From: TPA_inf: Saccharomyces
Taxonomy: Eukaryota
DNA: 64,000 bases
Assembly (NCBI GenBank): GCA_000146045.2
Contig: BK006936.2
Location: 704,001 to 768,000, forward strand
Direction of reading: 5' to 3'
The notes under the pieces were generated by a model. That model was not told where the DNA came from and did no database searches. It worked only from the letters and a program-made list of their open reading frames with translations. A program made the translations under genes and the position numbers. Positions 56,900 to 64,000 of the stretch are shown one piece after another. Every line of letters begins with the position of its first letter. Positions within the stretch are counted from its first letter, which is position 1.

Positions 56900-57256
56900 T
56901 GTTGTTGCTATTATTGCTATGTAATTACTATTCGATGCAATATGTTATACATATACATACACGCAATGAGAACCCTAACCTTGAACTTACTATTTTAAAA
57001 GGACATCTCGAAAAAGCTTAGGGATAATTAATATTTTGTAGGTTAGAGCTGTTATGTAGGGAAGAAAAACAAGGGCTTTAAAATAATAATCACATTACAC
57101 GAATAACTTAATTTGTCTTTCTGAAATGGAAAAAGAAAAAAATGACGACTGTAACATTGGATGAATTAATACTGTCATTATTGATACGTTGTTAATTATA
57201 GACAGAAATGTATTCAGTACAATAGAACAGTGCTCATAATAGTATAAAGGGTCACA

Positions 57257-58594
57257 ATGTCCAAAAAACAGGAATATATTGCACCAATAAAATACCAAAA
57301 CAGCTTGCCTGTGCCACAATTACCTCCTAAACTTCTGGTTTACCCCGAGTCTCCGGAGACGAATGCAGACTCCTCCCAACTAATCAATTCACTATACATC
57401 AAAACAAACGTCACTAATCTAATTCAACAGGATGAAGATTTAGGTATGCCGGTTGATTTGATGAAATTCCCAGGCCTATTGAACAAATTAGATTCTAAAC
57501 TGCTTTACGGCTTTGATAATGTGAAATTGGACAAAGATGATCGAATTTTACTGAGGGACCCTAGAATAGATAGACTGACCAAGACTGATATATCAAAGGT
57601 TACCTTCTTGAGACGCACCGAATATGTCTCCAATACAATTGCAGCCCATGATAACACATCGTTGAAAAGGAAAAGGCGCTTGGATGATGGAGATTCGGAT
57701 GATGAAAACCTTGATGTTAATCATATAATTAGTAGGGTCGAAGGAACATTCAATAAGACGGACAAATGGCAACATCCGGTGAAGAAGGGTGTCAAGATGG
57801 TTAAAAAATGGGACCTATTGCCCGACACAGCTTCAATGGACCAGGTGTATTTTATCCTAAAATTCATGGGCAGTGCATCATTGGATACTAAAGAAAAAAA
57901 ATCTTTAAATACAGGAATTTTCAGGCCAGTGGAACTGGAAGAAGACGAATGGATTTCCATGTATGCCACAGATCATAAGGACTCTGCCATTCTGGAAAAC
58001 GAATTGGAAAAGGGTATGGATGAAATGGATGATGACTCTCATGAAGGTAAAATATACAAGTTTAAAAGGATAAGAGACTACGACATGAAACAAGTGGCTG
58101 AAAAGCCAATGACAGAGTTAGCTATACGTTTGAATGATAAGGACGGCATAGCTTACTACAAACCCCTACGTTCAAAGATCGAATTAAGACGTAGGAGAGT
58201 AAACGACATCATTAAACCTTTGGTGAAGGAGCACGATATAGACCAACTTAATGTTACTTTGAGAAACCCTAGCACTAAGGAAGCTAACATAAGGGACAAG
58301 TTAAGAATGAAGTTTGACCCCATAAATTTCGCCACTGTAGATGAAGAAGACGATGAAGACGAGGAGCAACCAGAAGACGTTAAGAAAGAATCGGAAGGCG
58401 ATTCAAAAACAGAAGGTTCTGAGCAAGAAGGAGAAAATGAGAAGGATGAAGAAATCAAACAGGAAAAAGAGAATGAACAAGATGAAGAAAATAAACAAGA
58501 TGAAAACCGTGCAGCTGATACGCCCGAAACTTCAGATGCTGTTCATACTGAACAAAAACCAGAGGAAGAAAAGGAAACTTTACAAGAAGAATAG
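57257..58594 (+). CDS. PAF1: RNA polymerase II-associated factor 1 (Paf1 complex subunit), 445 aa, acidic C-terminus
   Basis: Paf1-family N-terminus and a long E/D/K-rich C-terminal tail. 445 aa as YBR279W. Confidence 0.85.
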   Translation: MSKKQEYIAPIKYQNSLPVPQLPPKLLVYPESPETNADSSQLINSLYIKTNVTNLIQQDEDLGMPVDLMKFPGLLNKLDSKLLYGFDNVKLDKDDRILLRDPRIDRLTKTDISKVTFLRRTEYVSNTIAAHDNTSLKRKRRLDDGDSDDENLDVNHIISRVEGTFNKTDKWQHPVKKGVKMVKKWDLLPDTASMDQVYFILKFMGSASLDTKEKKSLNTGIFRPVELEEDEWISMYATDHKDSAILENELEKGMDEMDDDSHEGKIYKFKRIRDYDMKQVAEKPMTELAIRLNDKDGIAYYKPLRSKIELRRRRVNDIIKPLVKEHDIDQLNVTLRNPSTKEANIRDKLRMKFDPINFATVDEEDDEDEEQPEDVKKESEGDSKTEGSEQEGENEKDEEIKQEKENEQDEENKQDENRAADTPETSDAVHTEQKPEEEKETLQEE

Positions 58595-58783
58595 AATATT
58601 GAGAAGTGAAGGGAGATTGATTTTAAACCTGTAGTTCTTTTTACATTTGTTTGGAAATAAAAAAACCAAAGTAAATATTATAAATATGTATTAATAAAAT
58701 ATGCATTACCTCAATGTAGAAGAAAAAGATAGTGAGCACCCAAACGGAATCCAAAATGCAAAATCGAAATGACACCTAAAAAT

Positions 58784-60697
58784 TCAATGCTTCTTGATGA
58801 TTAATGCACCGGTTTGCCAGCCACCAGCAGTTACACTGACACAAATATAATCTTCAGGTAGTTCTATTTTCGTGGGCTTAACGACCCTAATGTTTCTTTG
58901 CCCTTCCCAATTGCCAATATGTAGCTCGTTAACTATTTTTTCAGAAGGGCCCAATCCTAAGCACCCACAATCCTGACTTTCAATACCCCATGAATACAAA
59001 TGACCGCGTTCGGTTAGTGCCACCGTGTGATAGTCACCACTTGCAACGGAGATAACATTTTCATTGATGTCTAGCTCCGTTAAACTATCTTTATCGACAT
59101 CTCCATTTGTTACTTTCAAAGTATAACAGTGAGTATCGGTGAAGAGGACTAATGAAGCAAAACAGGCGTTAATTTTGCACAGTTTTCCGACAATATTTAA
59201 ATCTACTATCTGGTTCAGTCCATTGTGGTACTTCCATAGTTTATCGCCGTTGTTATTAATGAAGAAAACGCAGTTATCTTGTAAACATGCAAAGTCGACA
59301 ATCCTGGAGTCTCCATTAACATCATTCGTATTCGGGACAATCTCGTATTTTGCAAAAGCAAAGCTCTCGCCCTTTTGAATAGCATCTCTTTCTTTCCATG
59401 CAACCAACCCGACCTTATATATATAGCAACAATTGAAATTCCAACCACTAGCAATTTTCAAAATAGGATTCGTAGCACGACTAGGTAGGTTAGCAAACTC
59501 AATTTTGACACCTTGGTCAGATTCCGTTGAGTCCCAAGAATAAATATTGTTATCTGTATCCATTGCTAGGAAATGACTTCTCCCAGAGCTTACCGCGACA
59601 AATTGAATATCATTAAATGATCCTAAATTTTCATCCCTACCACTATATAATGGGAAAGAATTTCTTGCGAACATTCTCCTGATATGATTATTTCCTGGTA
59701 CAGCCTTGTTAGCACTTCGTTCCAGCATTTCTATCTGGCTGTAAATATTCTCATGCGGCCCCATTGAAGGCATTGTAGTTCTAGGGACACCACTATGGCT
59801 CCCTCCGGGAGAGGCTGCAGGCGCACCTCCGCTATCTATGGTAATATGCTGAGCTGTAGTTGCATTTCCTGGTTCATAAGCAGTAGATGGATGGCTACCG
59901 CTCATTCTCCTTCCAGAAAATGTACCCGTGGTATTGACAGTACTCCCATTACTGCGGCTAGTGATCCGCGGATACGATCTTTCCATATTGTGAATCATTT
60001 CTCTGAAGGGATTATAATCATGCTGTGAACCACTGGGACCTGGTCCTTTTAACCCTCCAGAAAAAGTGGATCCGCTGCTGTAAAGGTTACCTGACTCAGT
60101 CAATATTTGGAAAGAAAAACCACCACTAGATACTTGAGCTATGATTTCGTCTCCATCCTTCTTGATGGCGCTTAACGGGTCCTCTGAAGGAGTGAAGTTA
60201 CTAGTTCTAGATGTTGTCCTACTGTTAAACCAAGGAACTTCAGTGGGGGTATTGACACCATATTTGAACCGCGGACTTGGCCCGTTTAGTGAAGTGGCGA
60301 CAAGTTCATTATTGGAACTCGCGGTATAGCCCAACCTTCCATGCTTTAAATAACCCCAACTATAAAACTTTGCATCATATGCCCGTAATTGGTATACTTC
60401 CTGCCATGACAAGGTGGGGAATGCTTCTCTTAAAATCGTCTCTGTGCAGGTCTTAAATTCCGCCGAATTTCGACCCTGGAAAGGCTCGTCATTTGTCTTT
60501 AATGTCCCAAATGCCTTATGAAATAGTTCATGCCACAAAATTTTAGAGTGGTCAAAATCTAGTAATGTATTATAATACTTATTTGTCTGCGAGAGGTTCT
60601 TAATATCATCACTGCTTAAAAATGGTAGCGTAGCTTGAACGATATCTGGGGACAATCCTGCGTCAGGCTCCTTTTCTCTGCTCTCAACTTCACTCAT
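58784..60697 (-). CDS. SAF1: F-box protein with RCC1-like beta-propeller repeats (SCF substrate adaptor), about 637 aa from Met-6. The track ORF extends to 60712.
   Basis: N-terminal F-box-like region (LPFLSSDDIKNLSQTNKYYNTLL) and C-terminal RCC1-type repeats (GDYHTVALTERGHLYSWG). Position of YBR280C. Confidence 0.75.
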   Translation of the reverse strand: MSEVESREKEPDAGLSPDIVQATLPFLSSDDIKNLSQTNKYYNTLLDFDHSKILWHELFHKAFGTLKTNDEPFQGRNSAEFKTCTETILREAFPTLSWQEVYQLRAYDAKFYSWGYLKHGRLGYTASSNNELVATSLNGPSPRFKYGVNTPTEVPWFNSRTTSRTSNFTPSEDPLSAIKKDGDEIIAQVSSGGFSFQILTESGNLYSSGSTFSGGLKGPGPSGSQHDYNPFREMIHNMERSYPRITSRSNGSTVNTTGTFSGRRMSGSHPSTAYEPGNATTAQHITIDSGGAPAASPGGSHSGVPRTTMPSMGPHENIYSQIEMLERSANKAVPGNNHIRRMFARNSFPLYSGRDENLGSFNDIQFVAVSSGRSHFLAMDTDNNIYSWDSTESDQGVKIEFANLPSRATNPILKIASGWNFNCCYIYKVGLVAWKERDAIQKGESFAFAKYEIVPNTNDVNGDSRIVDFACLQDNCVFFINNNGDKLWKYHNGLNQIVDLNIVGKLCKINACFASLVLFTDTHCYTLKVTNGDVDKDSLTELDINENVISVASGDYHTVALTERGHLYSWGIESQDCGCLGLGPSEKIVNELHIGNWEGQRNIRVVKPTKIELPEDYICVSVTAGGWQTGALIIKKH

Positions 60698-60969
60698 GAT
60701 GTGCTTTTCCATTTATAATTGAGAGTATATCCTTTGGACAATAAAACTATACTCCAAAAAAGGGGTTGGAGCTTTTATACGCCTTTATCCATTAATCATC
60801 CGTTTGCTCAATAAAAGGGTCTCGGCGAGGCGCCCGGAAGAATCATCTAGCAATACCTTCAAAATAATACGGACATTAAATACAAATTAACTAATTATCA
60901 TTAGGTAGAGGCCTACATATGCAAATTGGGTATATATTAAGCACTTTAAAATCAATTGTTTGTAGTTGT

Positions 60970-63606
60970 TTATAACCTATTGAATACTTTAGACAAAATC
61001 TCAGTCAAATTAGACCAATTTTTGATTCTGAGATTTTCGTTGGCTAAATGGCCATTGTCAGTGGATTGGCCACATGGTATTTGAACAGCTGGCGCGTCGA
61101 ATATTCTTTCCAACATTCTCAAACATGAAATAGAACCTCCTTCTCTTACTAGCAATGGTTCTACGTCCCATGCAGTAGTAATTTCGTCCTTTAATATTTG
61201 GTATGCATGATTTGTTGGGTCACCCAACCAACCTTCTGCTTCGTTTAAAACTTTAATTTCTAGATGATTTTGAGATTTCAATTGCTTGAAACTTTCTTCT
61301 AAATACGCTTTGAGATCTCTCTTGACTTGTTCTACACTTTGCTCAGGTACTAACCTGATGGAGATACCCATGGTGACACTTTTTGGAATAACTGTTATGT
61401 TACCAGGACCGCTAAACTTGACTGTTGTCATAGACAAGGAAGGCTTAGTCCAGTTGGTAATTAAATCTTGAACAGTAGTATTTTCGTCGATATTTGCAAG
61501 CTCGGTAATTTTCTGAAACCTTTGATATTCTTCTTCAGTCAGATCTTTCAATGGTGAATAAAAATTTGGAATCATAATTTCATTTTGTTCGTTTTGTAGT
61601 TTGGACACGATTTTCACTAAATTAACCATAGGTTCATCATAAACACCACCGTTAAGACCAGAATGTCCGTCAGGCTTATCGCTCCAGACTTTTATTTGGG
61701 CATTAATAACACCTCTCAATCCATAATTCAAGCATGGATGTTCTTGATCAACCCAAGTAGAATTACTTAATAAAATCCAGTCAATATCTTTTCCAATAAT
61801 ATCATGGTACTTTTCACAAACTTGCTTCAAACTAGCAGATCCGATTTCTTCACTTCCTTCCACCAAAAATACGACATCGTTCACCAATTCTCCCTGTTGA
61901 AACAAATACGCCACACTATGAATAGCGCTCACCAATGGCCCTTTATTATCTGATACTCCTCGACCTTTTAAGTATCCGTTTTCACAAGTTAAAGTAAATG
62001 GGTCGGTATTCCAGTTGAAAGTATTTCCAGACGATATAACGTCATAATGCCCATACCATAGAATACGCTTTTTCTTGGCACCCTTCACCTGTGAAACTTT
62101 CCCATTCCCTTGAAAATATGCGAATACAACAGGATTACCACCATCAGGCAATGGAAATAATTGGGAGTTTGTAGCTCCAAACTTCAAGAATAATTGTTGC
62201 AGGTAGATTGCACAACGCCTTAATGACAAAGTATTAGTAGTGTCTTTGCTTTGAGACACTGTCTGGAAAGAAATAAGTTCTCTCAGTGTGTTTAACATCT
62301 CCTCGTTATTTAGAGAGGCAGATTGATAGGCGGCCCATAAATTGGTGGTTTGTAATGTAGATGATGCATTGATGGGTGAGTTGCTTGACAGAGGCACCGC
62401 AGATAATAATGAGGTTATATCCCAGAGAGTCAATGACCCATCGCTACCACCCGTTAATAAACTAACAGATCCAGCATTTGATTTACTGAAAATCTCTGAG
62501 CTTAATATTTTTCCTTGTTGAGGGTTCCAATGGTTAACTTGGTTCTGGTAAAAATGCGTGATGCCTGATTCATCAATGGCAAATACATGGTCCATATAAA
62601 CTGATATTGAAATGACGTCCGATTCATGCTTTGTTTTCAGAGTTGAGATTATTTGCTGAGTATTTAAGTCCCAGATTTTTATAATCCCGTCAGTCAACCC
62701 GCAATATAAAAATGGGAACTCAATAGTTTGGGATATGACGCTATCTTCATTGTCGATTTTATCGTTTATCAAGGAGATTTTAACAGTGTTTTGCCCTTTA
62801 TCTTTAGAGAACTCCCAAAGCTTGCTTATTCCATCACCAGCGGATGAAATTATGTGCTCTGCACCAGAAGTTCGTGAGCTTTTTTCCAATAACTGATTAA
62901 ACCTGGGACACAATTTATTAATAGAATAAATAAACCCATAATGTGCATATTTAATAATGTTTTCGGAGGGAACCTCTATGATGGCAGCGCCACAGTTTTC
63001 TTGTAGAGAGGTCAATGAAGTTTGAGATAATGAATTTGAACTATATCCAGTCGGACCTAACGAATCAAAGAACTTATCATATCTTCTATGCGGTAATTTA
63101 TTGATATTTTCTACTCCATCAGAGGATTTTTTTTCAATCTTCTGAATCAAGTTCTCAACATATAGTAAGCTTGCATTTTGACAGCCAAAGACAATAGTTT
63201 CCAACGAATCCAAATATGCCAATGAGAAAATATCACCAATATCGGTCACTGAGTAAACAGTGGCTATTTCAGTAACAGGTAGAAAGTCATCTCTAATGGT
63301 CTTTTCGCCAATGGACCAAATTCTCACCAAAGAATCTGCGCCGCCTGAAAATAAAAAGTTTTCATCTTCTGATCCTGTCAAGCACAAAACCGAAGATCTG
63401 GTATGCGTTTCCTCTTGTGATTCGCCTAGTCTAATCGTATGTATTAGATTATATGTGGGAAGATCAAAAACCAATATCTTGGAGTCTTGGCTACCAGCAA
63501 ACAACAATCTTTTTTTTGGAAATGCAACAATGGATAAGATGGAAAAAGCGTGATTCCACCTATGAATTAGTTCAGAGTGCAATGCGACACCCCTGCTATC
63601 GTACAT
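60970..63606 (-). CDS. DUG2: Glutathione-degradosome subunit: N-terminal WD40 propeller fused to an M20A-family metallopeptidase domain, about 878 aa from Met-12. The track ORF extends to 63639.
   Basis: WD repeats in the N-terminal half and M20 peptidase motifs in the C-terminal half (HYDVISSG, LVEGSEEIGS). Position of YBR281C. Confidence 0.85.
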   Translation of the reverse strand: MYDSRGVALHSELIHRWNHAFSILSIVAFPKKRLLFAGSQDSKILVFDLPTYNLIHTIRLGESQEETHTRSSVLCLTGSEDENFLFSGGADSLVRIWSIGEKTIRDDFLPVTEIATVYSVTDIGDIFSLAYLDSLETIVFGCQNASLLYVENLIQKIEKKSSDGVENINKLPHRRYDKFFDSLGPTGYSSNSLSQTSLTSLQENCGAAIIEVPSENIIKYAHYGFIYSINKLCPRFNQLLEKSSRTSGAEHIISSAGDGISKLWEFSKDKGQNTVKISLINDKIDNEDSVISQTIEFPFLYCGLTDGIIKIWDLNTQQIISTLKTKHESDVISISVYMDHVFAIDESGITHFYQNQVNHWNPQQGKILSSEIFSKSNAGSVSLLTGGSDGSLTLWDITSLLSAVPLSSNSPINASSTLQTTNLWAAYQSASLNNEEMLNTLRELISFQTVSQSKDTTNTLSLRRCAIYLQQLFLKFGATNSQLFPLPDGGNPVVFAYFQGNGKVSQVKGAKKKRILWYGHYDVISSGNTFNWNTDPFTLTCENGYLKGRGVSDNKGPLVSAIHSVAYLFQQGELVNDVVFLVEGSEEIGSASLKQVCEKYHDIIGKDIDWILLSNSTWVDQEHPCLNYGLRGVINAQIKVWSDKPDGHSGLNGGVYDEPMVNLVKIVSKLQNEQNEIMIPNFYSPLKDLTEEEYQRFQKITELANIDENTTVQDLITNWTKPSLSMTTVKFSGPGNITVIPKSVTMGISIRLVPEQSVEQVKRDLKAYLEESFKQLKSQNHLEIKVLNEAEGWLGDPTNHAYQILKDEITTAWDVEPLLVREGGSISCLRMLERIFDAPAVQIPCGQSTDNGHLANENLRIKNWSNLTEILSKVFNRL

Positions 63607-64000
63607 GATTTCACAATTACTTCTGCCCTCGTTTTTCACTTTTCCTTACAGGGTTGTTCGGTTTCTCGAAATAGTTTTTCACTTAAATAATTCAGTTACA
63701 CACATTTTATTGATATTGGTGCCACAGCTTTTCGCGGCGCACAATGCGATTATCACTCAAGTTTATGGTAAAGTCGGTATTCCCTCTCATGAGAAAAAAA
63801 AAAAAAGATACCATCTTCATTGAACTTCTAATTGCAGCAGTAATTGTGAGCAATGCTCAAGAGCTTCCTTACCATATAACAAAACATCGAAATCAGAGGA
63901 TCATTCTAGATCAAAGTGAAATGCCCTTAACTATGAAAAGGAATACGAAAATAGCTGTGAAGTGTTATTATAATTATTAACAAGGTTAGTAATCTTTAAA

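Overview
The window is a gene-dense, intron-poor and AT-rich-intergenic stretch of budding-yeast nuclear DNA. Gene content and order match the right arm of Saccharomyces cerevisiae chromosome II from the 5' end of YBR241C through DUG2 (YBR281C). From memory of HIS7 and ARO4 coordinates, the window is tentatively chrII about 704,001-768,000 in S288C numbering; I have not verified this.

About 42 protein-coding genes are supported on both strands. Almost every long ORF in the supplied track corresponds to a recognisable, conserved eukaryotic protein family. One gene (YBR255C-A/RCF3) needs a spliceosomal intron to be read correctly. Intergenic spacers carry recognisable yeast transcription-factor motifs, a 12-bp tandem repeat and homopolymer dA:dT tracts.

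I found no tRNA or rRNA gene, no Ty LTR, no CRISPR array, no prokaryote-style operon or defence island, and no obvious foreign insertion. Synteny appears uninterrupted. My honest conclusion is that this is ordinary reference yeast genome. A novel biological system is unlikely here.

The most worthwhile second looks are small-scale: the start codon of ISW1, the uncharacterised YBR259W protein, the nonconsensus branch point of the RCF3 intron, regulatory-motif clusters, the minisatellite, and a few unannotated small ORFs. Gene symbols come from recognising protein sequences plus synteny. Coordinates are those of the ORF track, adjusted where the annotated protein starts at an internal Met.
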